A stretch of 64,000 nt of DNA from Schmidtea polychroa (lineage: Eukaryota). The number at the start of each line of letters is the position of its first letter. Within the stretch, counting starts at the first letter, position 1. The position numbers and the translations under genes were made by a program. The DNA is taken from assembly GCA_044892525.1 (NCBI GenBank), contig CM097885.1, positions 73,842,001-73,906,000 on the forward strand. The letters run 5' to 3'. Below, piece after piece: positions 26,771 to 39,389 of the stretch. The notes beneath the pieces are model-generated. The model had not been told where the DNA came from. It searched no databases and saw only the letters and a list, made by a program, of their open reading frames with translations.

Positions 26771-27894
26771 CTGAATAACAATTATAATGTGATTTTAATT
26801 TGATTGAATATTTTTATTTTGAAAATANNNNNNNNNNNNNNNNNNNNNNNNNNNNNNNNNNNNNNNNNNNNNNNNNNNNNNNNNNNNNNNNNNNNNNNNN
26901 NNNNNNNNNNNNNNNNNNNNNNNNNNNNNNNNNNNNNNNNNNNNNNNNNNNNNNNNNNNNNNNNNNNNNNNNNNNNNNNNNNNNNNNNNNNNNNNNNNNN
27001 NNNNNNNNNNNNNNNNNNNNNNNNNNNNNNNNNNNNNNNNNNNNNNNNNNNNNNNNNNNNNNNNNNNNNNNNNNNNNNNNNNNNNNNNNNNNNNNNNNNN
27101 NNNNNNNNNNNNNNNNNNNNNNNNNNNNNNNNNNNNNNNNNNNNNGAAAAATTTTATAGCACATTGAGAATCTTCCAAGGAATATAAATCTAAATCGTTT
27201 AGTCATTGAAGAAATGATGATGTAAATGAGAAAAGGGGAAAGTATAATAATATAAAAAGATGAATAATAAATGATGCTGAATGACCCATATTATAATAAG
27301 GCACCATCAAATAATTTTTAACAATATCAGCTGCGATTGCCAACAATATAAACAAATATTAATAATTTATGCATACGAAATCGTCACTAGCGGCATCACA
27401 CAAATATATGACCAATTTACAATGTAAAATGCGGCGGCGAAATTTCAAATTATTTTAAAAGAAAATAATTTAAATGTAGAAAATTTTTGGAATGAAATGA
27501 TATTGTCAAACTAAGCAGTGACACATGGTAAAGAAATTATATATTAACAGAGTGGAAATGATGGACATCTTCAGGATCATAGCTATGGCTATGAATGTGT
27601 AACAGAGAAATACAGATTGAACATGTATATAGAATGAAGGGAAATCTGAATAGTATATGACAGAAGCAATCCAAATATTGAAACAATATATTATCATTAA
27701 AATTGCCATTATTATTTTATGAAAATTATATTAATCTTTTTCAATAATTTTTGATATTTTTTTTGTGAATGTTTTATATTTATTTTATATTTATTTGAAT
27801 TATAAAAATATTAGTGTGAAATAAATAATAATTCAACTGTTGTTTAAATATTGTCTATAAAAATAATTTGTAATTTAATTTATTTTATCTAGTA

Positions 27895-28143
27895 CAGCCA
27901 TGGCCAACCGGTGGTCCGCGAAGCGTTTTGATGTGGCCCGGACACAATTTTAACCATCAAATCAATAATTGTCTTTTTTAGAATTCATATTCGAATTAAG
28001 CATGTTTTTAATTTAAAAAATTGATTCTAAGTTTACTTGAATCGTAAAAACGAGTTATATTTATTTAAATGAATTTATTGTGGCCCGTGATAGTATTTTT
28101 CCGAAAATTTGGCCCTTCAATTGATTTGGGTTGGCCACCACTG
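27895..28143 (+). mobile_element. hAT (Buster-like) MITE, family copy 1
   Basis: TIRs CAGCCATGGCCAAC / GTTGGCCACCACTG; perfect TSD ATCTAGTA; near-identical inverted copy at 50466-50714. Confidence 0.93.
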
Positions 28144-28199
28144 ATCTAGTAGATACAATATGTGAATTACAATGTATAAAACATTGAACAAAGGTTTGA

Positions 28200-31100
28200 C
28201 ACTATTGATTGAAGGTTCAGGGTTCCAGATTGGCTTAAGGTCGAAACAAGGGGGATTGAATATTTCCAAACCTCGAAGGAGCAATTAAAATTAGCATACG
28301 AATTGAGCAGGTTCGAATATGGCGATGATGTCAAAAATCATTTATTGAGAATTCAAAACTTTTCCGAATCAGTAAAATATATTGTGAGATGTCTCAATTG
28401 TAAGTGTACCAAGCGAGATTTCACTAGAAATAAATAAGAATAATTCCAAATCGATAAATGAATTGTGTTTTATGGCTAACATGTCAAACGAAACCACTGA
28501 AGTTGCTGAAGAAGTCGAATCATCAGAAATAGTTGCTGAAGTTGAAGAAACCGAACAAATCGATCAAGGCCAGTCAACATATGCCATGAATAAATTATAT
28601 CTTATTACAATTATCAACAGTAAGACTCCTGTGCATAAGCGACGTGATAAATAGATGCTTTATTGATGCATAAATGACATATTCAGTACCAGTGGGAAGA
28701 TTATTGTGAACGAAGGATTCACAACTGTTCCCGTTTATGATCTATTATTATTGAAAAAGATAATTTTAATTCAAAATTTTATGAGTATCGGGAAGTGAAA
28801 TGGATTTGGGGGGATTTATCTCCTGTAAGTCTGTCAAATATTCAGAAAAAAAAATCAAAGATGACAATGTCCGGAAAATAATTCAAGATTGGAGGAATAA
28901 AAATTGTAGTTCAGTATGATGTGGATAAGATGAGAGAATCAGGGGAGCAGTACCAATATTCAGCATTATTTCAGAGAATAAAGACATAGTACATCTGGTA
29001 TTTGATTTCAGAAAGTTGAACAGATTTATGTATATATTAAAGGTAAACGATATCCCTTAACAATAATGGAATTTTGGATTGAATTTTGCACCTTCCGCGA
29101 TGACAGCCATGGTAGAAAAGGTCTTGATTTTAAGTAACGAGTTCAAGCCAGGAACTAGTTCATACATTGACGATATTTTTGTGGATACATCAGGAAAGAT
29201 GTAATCATGTTCTTTTAAATGTCACCAAATATTATTGCAAGAAATATCTAACAATGATTGATTGTGGACCTTTAAGAAAAATGATCTGTTGTCAAATAAA
29301 GAATAAAATAATAATAAATTTATTACCGAAAAATTAAATGACATTGTGTGAAAGATCGGCGCCGAGTAAAGATATAATGGACAATTTTATGCCATTTAAA
29401 TCTTGCGAGACAATTAAATGGAAAATTAAGTTAACATTTAATTCACAATAAAGGACTATAGTATATCCTTCTTAGTAGGGGTGTAGCCAAGATTTTTGAA
29501 GGGGTGACGCAAATTATATTTAAAAAAATTTTGTGTCAAAAATAGAGGTTCTTTATTCAATTTTATTGAAATTGGTGTTTAAACGTCTATTCTTCGTTTT
29601 CCATCACGAAACTTAATCATAAATTCATCAAAAGTTACTTCGATATCACGATGTATGCTTAAAAAAACCAATCCATTAAATCGTTCTTCACCAGTTGTAT
29701 TTCTATCATCGGTTTTGAGTTGTTTCATTTTGCTGAATGAACGTTCAACATCAGCTGTTGAGACAGGTATTACATTAAAGATTTTTAACAACGTAAAAAT
29801 ATTCGGAAACATATCAAATGAACAAACTTTGAGATAATCTATTGCAGTTTTTGGCTTTTCAACTAAATTTTCCAGCTTTTTTTGCAACATTTCGATTTCT
29901 GCTAAAAATGTTCGAAGTGGATAATTACATCAAGCGTTTTAGCAACTTTTACCGCATTTTTGTGATATGGTGTACTTTCATGACTTTCAAATGAATCAAG
30001 ACACTTTTTGAAATTATTAAATGCTGTATTTACAAAAAATGATCCAATATTACTTCCGGTAGCAAAGAAAAAGCAATATTTACAGAAAACTCCGTTTCCA
30101 GTGATCGAGTATATAAGCCAGTTAGATTCAACTAGCCAATGATAACTCAACTTGTACGATCTCCTTCCTTTGCCTACTGCTGGGAAGATGAATGATGGAG
30201 ATGGATTCTTACATTTCCTCAATGCATTAAGCTTCTCATTGTCACTCAAATTCAAACATGAATATAACGCTATGTCACCACTGGGAAGATGGTCATAGTT
30301 GAATTCATTTCCTGTTATTTCCTCTTCGTCAATCTGTTGTTCAGTTTCGAGATCCATTGAATTATTTAAATTGTTGTTTTCGTCATCACAATTTTGAACT
30401 TTTACAAAATAATTTGATATGGAAGGCTGGTGACGTTTCTCCATGGGTAGAAGTTAAAGCAAAAAGTTTTATGAATCGAAATAAGTAAATTATAATTAAA
30501 CTAGATACTTACTTTAAATTATTATTGAATTTTTATCTAAAAACCAGTGTGAAAAATTAAAGTTTTCGATGGAGGAAGTCATAATTTCAAAACATTTCAA
30601 ATATGTTCGAAAATTTTGAAAAATATAAAAATATTTTGATTGTTACTCAATTAAAACAAATGAAATAAAATTTCATTGATTAAATTTAAAATAAATTACG
30701 TTTAGATCGAGATCAGAAAATTTCCAACTATCTCTTTCGGAGGGGGGATTTGTCCGCCTAATTCCCCTGGCTATGCGCCTTCTTCTTAGAAGATCATACA
30801 TGATTTACTGAAGGATAAAAATGAAAAAATTTTTTCAATGAACTCTAACATTTTATGATAAATATACTATTTTGATTATCTCTATTATATTCAATAAATC
30901 TACTTCCATTTATATTAGATTGACAAGGATTATCATATAGTTGCAAATATTTTCATTAAATACATTATTCGCAGCAAAAGGCTTAAATTATCATTTTATT
31001 GTTTTATATTAGATAAAACAACAATCTTTCCCTTTCTGCTGATAATTTCGTTTCAAAAATGTTCGCGAGTGTATTTTCATAGCAGATAATACAGTAAAAT

Positions 31101-31440
31101 AATCATTTTCTCTTGCAAATTTTAAGAAAGTGGTTGGGGTCTTAAAATTACCCGATTTGTCTATAACTCATTATAAAAGTGAACACCTACCAACCGTTAA
31201 ACTAAAAAAATAATCAGAAAGTCTTTGTTCTTATAAATATCGGAAACATCATGTAAGACTTAATAAAACCCAAATCATCCAAGAAATTATAAAAGTTTAA
31301 ATTTCTATATCGACGAGCACTAACTCCTTTATCTAAGCTTCTTACTTCAGCGCCAATTGGAACTTTTTATTAAAGAACAGCCATAAACCCTTAAATAGTT
31401 CATTGATCATGTAATGGAAACCTAAAAACTTGATTGAAGA
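28200..31440 (+). mobile_element. Degenerate Ty3/Gypsy pol remnant, interrupted by a hAT insertion
   Basis: PIFSII..LVFDFRKLNRF..RYPL (~28950-29070) and APSAMTAMVEK..SSYIDDIFV (YIDD at 29163-29174) are RT motifs; many stops; boundaries approximate. Confidence 0.7.
29476..30781 (-). mobile_element. Internally deleted hAT transposon (ZMYM1/THAP12-like transposase type)
   Basis: Imperfect TIRs TAGGGGTGTAGCCAAG / CCTGGCTATGCGCCTT; perfect TSD CTTCTTAG (29468-29475, 30782-30789). ORF 29902-30444 encodes a TTF-type zinc finger (WLIYS..GVFCKYC..HE...H); ORF 29579-29890 encodes the dimerization domain (FPNI..IPVSTADVERSFS..); catalytic core deleted. Confidence 0.92.
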
Positions 31441-32289
31441 TTTGAAAGATTGAAAGATTTTGTTTCTTTGAATTTTTAATTTTTTTAAAAATTTATTTGT
31501 TTAAATCGTGACAATTTTAAGAATCAATTAATACTAAAATCATCATTTATGTGAGTAATAATATAAATAAATTTTCTTGAACCGAAAATTATATTAATTT
31601 ATCATCATTTTAATGAAGAATTTAATAATTATGCAGCACTAAATGATATGCTACGTTATGAACTCAATGATGGCATCAATCATCATTATGTGCTTCAATG
31701 ACATTGAAGATTGTTAAGTAACGTTATTCAACTGTCCACTCCATGGTGAAGGGTCCGGTGAAAGTAAGATGTGACGGACCTGAGAATTAATATATGTCTC
31801 ATAAATAGTTTAATTTAATTAGTTTTTACTAGTAACTGTAAGTAATTTTATTTCTATAAATTTTTAAATTCAGTGAGCGGTAGAAAATGAAAAAACCAAA
31901 ACTTTTAATTTTTGTTTTCTATTTTATGATTATAAATATTAGAGAGAACTTGTAAGAACTTATTTTTCAAATTTCACCACTCATTTCTTTTCCATTGTAT
32001 TAATTGTATTCATTGAATGTCTTTTTAAAACTTTTACTAAATTTTACTTTATCCAATAATTAAATCGAATAAATTCATTTATCACTCTTTATCTTTTCAT
32101 ACATAGGTGGGTATGCTGTTCTGAACTCCTCCTTCTCATGAGTTTTTTGAGATTGTAATGAATAGGGTTGCCACATGCTGAGAGGCTCAAAGTAGGACAA
32201 ATCAATAAACTACTACAGTAGTACATAGGACAAATATCCAAACTGTAGGACTGTCCTACCGAAAGTAGGACGTGTAGCAACTCTAGTAA

Positions 32290-33000
32290 TGAATTATATT
32301 TTAATTTATTTCACAACATTAAAACAAATTAATTTCTATTACATCTACCCTAAATTCTTCAGAATATCATACTCTATATCTGTGACATGTCTCGGACTTG
32401 TACTAAAATTATATTCAACTAAATATTTCATTTCTTTTTCTATTTTAATTATCTTTCCAAGAATCCATTGTTGATCACATCTTGCTATCTGATTCGGTTT
32501 GACCCATACCTTATCATTTTCTCCATATCTCATCTCGCTTTGATTCACTGCATTTTTCATCAGATTTTGATCATCTGAGGTTTGTATTGGTCCGTTATAT
32601 CTGAAAATCTGAAAATCTTTCCTTCTGCAGCGTTGAATTAGCCCAATAAATAGCTTCCACAATGGGTCATCTACTTCTTTCGAAAATTTTCTTAATAAAT
32701 CTATGATTTATTTCTACAGTTCCCTTACGAACTGGGCGATTACCTTCTTCATTTATTACTTCTACATTATTATTTATGACAGAATCCTAGTGCAATATTG
32801 AAAAGGCCTTAACTAAAATAGTCTATTTGTCATATTTATGGACCTCACTTTGAAATGTTTTATGATGCACTACTAGAATAATTTATACTTTTGTACAAGA
32901 ATGGAAATATCGTCAGATTAAGGGCGTGTTGTAGTTTTATGATCATTTTTAAACTTAAACAGATGTTTTGAACAGGCAGGAACATTCTAAGGATTACGTT
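32290..33000 (-). mobile_element. Ty3/Gypsy integrase remnant
   Basis: GTVEINHRFIKKIF..PIVEAIYW (core, ~32640-32740) and GENDKVWVKP..ARCDQQW..G..PRHVTD (C-terminus, 32345-32662). Confidence 0.7.
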
Positions 33001-33039
33001 GAGCTGCTAAATCATTTGCAAGTAGTATTATACTTGGAA

Positions 33040-33900
33040 TGGAATCTTCTAATGGTGAATGATAGAAGAAGATGATGATGATGATGTTGGTGCTTTGTTG
33101 GAAATGATGATGGTACTGATGGTGGCATATCTATTCACCAAGGTAACATAAATGATGAAGAAAATGATAGTTGTATTGATGAAGATGCAATTGTGAATAT
33201 ATCTGATGAGTCTAGTGAAGAAGAACCTGACATTAGTGAGGGAGGGGATTACCAAACGAAATCTCCAAATAATACAGTTTGGGAAAAAGTAGTTAACTGT
33301 CAATCCAGTAGAGAAAGAAGAAGAAATATTTCTAGTTTCACAGAAGGATTTCCAAAGTTTTGTCAATTATTCAATTTAAAATATTATTCCAAGAAAGTAT
33401 GGAGACTGCCAGAATAAACTATTCTAATAAGTATGTTAAAAGGAAATATAGAAAATCATGGAAACCCAGAAATGAAGCGCTTCGTAGGGCTCCATCTGAT
33501 TACTAATAGGCTATCAAATATTTCGGCGATGCATGAGCTTTGGGCTTTTGAAAATCTATAAAATTTGCGCTTAGATTCAATGACTCACGAATGAAACACA
33601 CAAAGATTTCAAGAAAAAAAGGAAATGTGAATGTAACTGATAAATCAGAAATCAAAACTCCCAAACATGAGAACCACTGTGAAAAGTTCAATGGCCTTTT
33701 TAGGAGTTTCTGAAATTGTAAAGAAGAATGTGATCAACGTAGAAAATAGAAATAAAAGACAAAGGTATCAAGTCTGGCCACGATTACAAGATATCAGAAC
33801 GAAGTGAACCACGTGTCAACGCTACATTTGTGATGTTCACCGAGAAACCGAAAAACGAATTAAGTGCCAGGATTTCATAATTATTCGTGTTGTGTTCCCT
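33040..33900 (+). mobile_element. Probable piggyBac transposase relic (deleted)
   Basis: Acidic N-terminal stretch, EMKRFVGLHLIT (~33470-33505) and Cys/His remnants near 33770-33840; fragmented. Confidence 0.4.
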
Positions 33901-34160
33901 CCTACTTATCCAACGAATTGTCATATTCATTTGTTTTATAATAAATAAATTTGTTTGTTTCCTTTTGTGTCTTGTTATATGTTTTTAGAGTGGGGTCCTT
34001 AAAAACCCCAAACGTCTATAAAGCCATAATTATAAAAAACAATGTCTACCGAAAGTCTACAAGCTTAGAGTTTACTGTAGCAAAATGTGCATGTTTGTGT
34101 GACAAAAATCAGAAAATTCTTTGAAAATTAATTTTATAAAACTTTTTATGTAAAAGTAAG

Positions 34161-34379
34161 GGTGCCGCGACATTTTGACCCCAGCGACATTTTGACCCCA
34201 ACGACATTTTGACCCCAACGACATATATTTGATTATTATTATTATTATTATTATTATTAGTATTAATCTATATACTCCGAGTCTATCCGACAAAATATTT
34301 TGTCCCCCTATGGGTAATGCTCACAAGGTACTGGTCATATTCAACATGTCGCAAGGGTATTATTAAACAAATCAACATT

Positions 34380-34442
<63 letters not shown>

Positions 34443-34685
34443 CATTACATCCACTATCTGTACATATCCAGTATATTGAAGTTGAAGATTCCTTCTTATA
34501 TTTATAGGAAAAACCTTGATAAAAGATTTTTGGATATTTATTGTTCAAATAGAATATTTTCATTAAGGATAATTAAAATCAATAAAGTTTATTTAAATTT
34601 TTTTATTAGATAATCAAATATATGTCGTTGGGGTCAAAATGTTGTTGGGGTCAAAATGTCGCTGGGGTCAAAATGTCGCGACACC
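34161..34685. mobile_element. Mutator-like (MULE) MITE with internally repetitive TIRs
   Basis: ~75-bp TIRs starting GGTG/ending CACC, each with three CGACATTTTGACCCCA units; perfect 9-bp TSD AAAAGTAAG (34152-34160, 34686-34694); two internal (ATT)n tracts. Confidence 0.92.
34378..34440. repeat. (ATT)n microsatellite
   Basis: About 20 ATT units read directly; explains the poly-L and poly-I ORFs in the track. Confidence 0.97.
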
Positions 34686-36316
34686 AAAAGTAAGTGCTTT
34701 GCAGTTTCACGAAGATCCGGCAACACCCACTGACCGTTAATCCACACCAATAATCATAATTACAAGAGGTTCATGTTCAATTTAAAATTTCGCCATTAAA
34801 CAGAAAATTTTACTGAAAGACTTTTATACTCATTTATTAAGTCATTTTCATATGAATCAAAATTTAATTTTGTAGTACAGTTGTTGTCTTCACCTTCGTT
34901 CTCATAACTCTTCAATGATACTTAAACTTTCATCTGACTTGAGTTGGAGGAATCTTATACACTTGATTTTAGAGAAATGCCAAAATATTGGCCTTAAAAA
35001 GTTTCCCCTTGTACGCCTATATATACAATAAATAGATATGTGCAATCTCTGATAATAAAACATTAAAACATTGTCAAGGAACGCGAGTTCTCTTCTTCTA
35101 TGTTGACAGGAGTTCGTCACTATTACCATTGTGCTTATCTATTGTGCTGACATTGGTTAGCACAGGAACACCTGCAGAATGGGGGGAGGACCTCCGTGAA
35201 TATAATAAATATATTATTTTTGTTTAAATGTATAAAAAAATCAAAATTTTCAATTTTTTTCTTTTTTTTGTTATTGAAATAAATTTGTTTTAAATGAATA
35301 AGTGTTTTCATTTTTGTAAATACAATTGGTAAATAAAAAAATTGAAAACCTCTCATTAAAAGGCACTGATGGCACTCAAACGATTAAAAAAATAAACATG
35401 AAAAAATTGAAATTAAAAAAATAATACATTCGACAATAATTCTCAAACACTTCCGCGAAAATTTATAAATATTTTTTGTCTATACTAATATTAGTTGAAC
35501 ATGCCTAAAGTTTTTAAAATCGGTTCTGTCTCGGTCAAGTAAAATAATACAATTAAATGAAATTGTTTTACCCGTTTTTTTCTTCAAGTATTAAGTAAAT
35601 ATCTTACCTATTTCACGAACTAGTCAAATTTGATAATTCGGTGAACATAATATATAATACAAACATACTATAAAACAAAGAATACATGTGTCTGCCTCCA
35701 GTAAGTCACGAGAACTCCTCCCAAACAATAAACAGTAGTGACGTGACATTTGCGCATGTATTTCTGACTGTAATTTATAGGACAACTATGTTATTTTCAG
35801 TCTTTAACTTTTATTTGCTCAAAGTCAGACTTGGATTTGACAGACGTGCAATTCTCACATGAACTTGTTAATGGAGAATGTTAATGGAGAACGATTTCTC
35901 AACATTGTCCAAATAGAATATTAAGAACTTAGATATATTGATAAATGTAAGTAATTTATTTCAAAAATCAACCAGTTTGCTGCCAAATTTTTAAATACTC
36001 AAAAGCATTTTGAGAGAAAAGTTAAGAAAACTCTGTTTCAACCCTTACATAATATTACGTGGTCGAATGAAAGATTCTTATTACATTTCATGAACATAAT
36101 ATTTGCTACCCCGACTAATGCGACCTCAGATAAATGAGAAACTACAGTAAATACCTTTTAAAATTACCTTCTCATACAGTCAGGATAATACTCATTTTGA
36201 ACATAAAATGGAATTTTACAATTAACTCCAACTATTGCCGTTTTTCTTACTAATCTGGTATGTTTAAGCACTAACTTATTATTTTATATTTCAATTTAAA
36301 GTAATAATTAACATAC

Positions 36317-36589
36317 TCGGCCCTTTATAATATCATTTTGATATCGTGACGTATCACACAACAAATTTTCTTGGAAATTGGTTGGTTTAGGACAGCTGCA
36401 TTCTCTGAATCTCGTCCTGCTGCATGTTTCCGATTCACAGGCTGACCATGTACTCCAATCACACCAGGATCCATAAACTTGTCTCACATGGCAATTTTCG
36501 GGCTGTATACATAATTTTGGGTGACAAATAGATATGTAAGAAAACTTTGAAATGACATTAAACAACAGAGCTAGAAAAAAAGTCAACAT
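36317..36589 (-). CDS. Exon of a secreted thrombospondin type-1 (TSP1) repeat protein
   Basis: Hydrophobic leader MLTFFLALLFNV then GSWCDWSTWSACESETCSRTRFRECSCPKP (WxxWxxWSxC..RxRxRxC, TSP1 signature); donor-like GTATGT at 36316. Downstream Cys-containing segment at ~36170-36254 could not be joined in phase with confidence. Confidence 0.75.
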
Positions 36590-36734
36590 AATTTATTACT
36601 TTTAATATTAATTTTAGATATTTCGTAAATCAATCTAAAGATTACAATTTTCTTTTCCAAATATTTCTTAGGCCACGAAGTGGTAATAAGGCATTTCTCA
36701 TTTAATACCTTTCCAGAAAGAAAACCGAAATTGT

Positions 36735-36840
36735 GAGTAGTAGTAAAAAGGCATAAGAAAGTCCGATCGCTTCGCAATCTCACTCACTAACGGTCCGATT
36801 GGCCAGGATCGAATTTTCTTATGCCTTTTTACTCCTACTC
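36735..36840. repeat. 106-bp foldback with Maverick/Polinton-like AGTAGT termini
   Basis: GAGTAGTAGTAAAAAGGCATAAGAAA (36735-36760) and its inverse (36815-36840), 25/26 match. Confidence 0.85.
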
Positions 36841-36939
36841 TAAAGAAATAATCTTAAGAAAAAAAAATATTTATAATTCCATAAAAAACAATAATTTTTG
36901 GAAAATACTTGGAAATAATTCTCGTGAAAATCATCTTCC

Positions 36940-37815
36940 AATTATTTAGGACCAGGAAAAAGATTGAATATACGACTTGATGAAAATAATGTTCAAAAAA
37001 CAAGGGTAAAGGACCAATAAATCGTGTTGACCAAGCAGCTTTAAAACATGATATTGCATATCATGCTAAAGACAAAAAGCTGACATTTATTTAATTTAAT
37101 ACCTTAATGAAATTCAAGATTCAATATTCGGGAAAGTTGTTCAAGAGTAAATGCAAAAACTGCAATGAAAGAAACTATCTATTTATGGCAGTGGTTCTTA
37201 ACCTGGGGTACATGGACCCCCAGGGGGTCCGCGAACGGGTTCCAAGTGGTCCGCGGCACTATTAACAAAAAATCATAAAAATATTTTATGTTATCTTGAT
37301 ATTGTAACTAAAATAATAAGTAACATTTCTTTACTGTTTTGTAGCATCAAAATTCTAACATTTGAACTTTTATGTTAAATAATTTAAGTCCCAGTAGTAG
37401 TATTACTTTTGAAGCTGAATAAACAGATTTATAAATATTTATTAAAAAATGTATGTGTTTTACTATCAATTTATTAATTTTTTACATATCAAGGGTCCAT
37501 TGGTACCAATAAGTTTGAAAAGGTTAAGAACCCCTGATCTATAGCAATAAGTGGAGGACAAAGTCCGATAGCCGTAGGTGATAAATCGATAATGATGATG
37601 AATCTTTTTACACAAAGAATATGGAAATAATAAAAAATATTTAAAAATTAAAGTTTTTAACAACGATCATATTTGGTCAGCAGATTTAACTGAAACAACA
37701 AATTCGAAAAATAATGAAAATGATAGATATATCCTAACAATCATTGGTTTATATACTAGGTATGCTTGGACTATTCCATTATTAAACAAGAAAGGAGAAA
37801 CAATTAATGACTCTT
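36940..37815 (+). mobile_element. Maverick/Polinton remnant (PLA2-like domain and c-integrase N-part)
   Basis: YLGPGKRLNIRLD..PINRVDQAALKHDIAY (~36940-37070; GPG..HDxxY phospholipase A2-like motif) and IWSADLTE..N..RYILTIIGLYTRYAWTIPLLNKKGETINDSF (~37670-37815; Maverick-type integrase). Confidence 0.75.
37189..37536. mobile_element. hAT (Buster-like) MITE nested in the Maverick remnant
   Basis: TIRs CAGTGGTTCTTAACCT / AGGTTAAGAACCCCTG; decayed TSD ATTTATGG vs ATCTATAG (6/8). Confidence 0.8.
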
Positions 37816-37819
37816 TCGC

Positions 37820-38480
37820 AGCTTTCATGTTGTACGGAGCGGCATCACTTACCAACAACCGAACATTGTCCATCGATAAATCGTTTTTTTAAGTGAATTG
37901 AATAAATAACTCTTCGTGATGTGCAAATCCATGTTGGTGAGGTATGGAAGAGGAACGACATCAATGCAGTAAATGTCTTTAGGTGTTCCAATGGTGCTTG
38001 CAAGAATAGAATATCGTTAAAATTCAAACAAATAACTTTTTACTGAAACTTTATAAATGCAAATATTTTTTGCATTTATAAAATGAATTTTGCATATTTT
38101 TGCATATTTTGCATTTTTTTGCAAATTACTTTCCTTATTAAATGACGCATTTGAAAACTTGAAAAAGATATTACTGTCCCAGTTATTGATAATTGATCAG
38201 GAATTTGCAAAGCTGATCGAGTTACAATGACAATTTATCATATTTTTCGGAGGACTACGGTGTACATTCAAAGCTAACAGTATTCAAAAAGCATATAATC
38301 ATTATTAAATGCTCTCATATTTATTTGCAATGATTCAAAGGTATCTTTGCGAACGGATTTGGCAGAATCTTCGATGACAATTTATCAATTACCATTAATT
38401 TTTGGTGGTATAACAGCAGCAGCGGGATCAACTGCGGAAATAATCAATGCTGAATTGGGAAACTGATGAAAGAATAGAAC
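37820..38480 (-). mobile_element. hAT transposase relic (CGGBP1-like type)
   Basis: DNVRLLVSDAAPYNMKAA (~37820-37873) resembles the L.VTDAAPYM.KA motif of this hAT group; upstream sequence is decayed. Confidence 0.5.
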
Positions 38481-39389
38481 AAAAAGGATTTTGTTATGGA
38501 TTAGATATACAAAGTAAATGAATTAATTAAATCAAAATATAATGAATATTATTGCCCATAAATCATGTAATGTACAGGCAACAAATATTGATTTTGTACA
38601 AATTTATTTTCATAATGCTAGTGGATATGACAAACATTTAATATTTACAGAACTATCACCAAAAATTAGTAAAGTTTTAGCAATGTCAAGGCCAACTGTG
38701 GGTTTTGCGGACCTTGGGAAAATATTATATGCAAGGCCCCTTCCCAAAACGGAAGAAATGATACATGAACATAATTTTATCAATTTATTTAATAAAATAT
38801 TTATTTCTTCAATATATTCAATTATATACATAAATAAACATAATATTTTTTTTCTTATTTCGCAAAACGATCTACGTTAACAACCGACTTGTAAAAAACC
38901 TGGCATTTTATGTCAAAAACTTGCCCTAGCTACTAATAATTGTTAGAAATATGAAAGCACGGAGCCTCGGGAAAAATTCCCGAAGTCCCGACCTCAAAGC
39001 CGACTCTGAGTATGGTACAGATGAAAGATATATATGATTCGTATAGAATGATGGCCTTCAGGTTGGATTATTTAGCATCACTTTTAAATTAAAAAAATGC
39101 TAAGTAACAACTGGTAATATAAGAAAAGAAATTTATTATAAACAATACAAGCTTTGTGATACCCAGTGCAAATCCCAATAGTAGACTAGCTTCGAGCTTA
39201 AAAAAGAATCGAGATAAAAAAATTAAAAAAAAGACTTTGCTAAAGCATAAATTTATACGAACCTGTACGTATATTTATTTTTATATTAAATTACTAAATA
39301 AACTACATCTAACACATCAAAATTTAATGCGAAGGATGCTGTTGTTTATTGACACAAAGTTTATCAAATCTTTGGGGCAATGTGGAGAA

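Noticed and set aside
32253-32271. Hairpin GTCCTAC-CGAAA-GTAGGAC beside the Gypsy integrase end
   Set aside because: A real 7-bp stem, but no ribozyme core or other support; probably LTR/UTR structure.
34161-34235. CRISPR-like short repeats
   Set aside because: Tandem 16-bp units without unique spacers, mirrored at the other end; they are TIR subrepeats in a eukaryotic genome.
34072-34613. Poly-Leu and poly-Ile ORFs
   Set aside because: Translations of (ATT)n microsatellites in a MITE.
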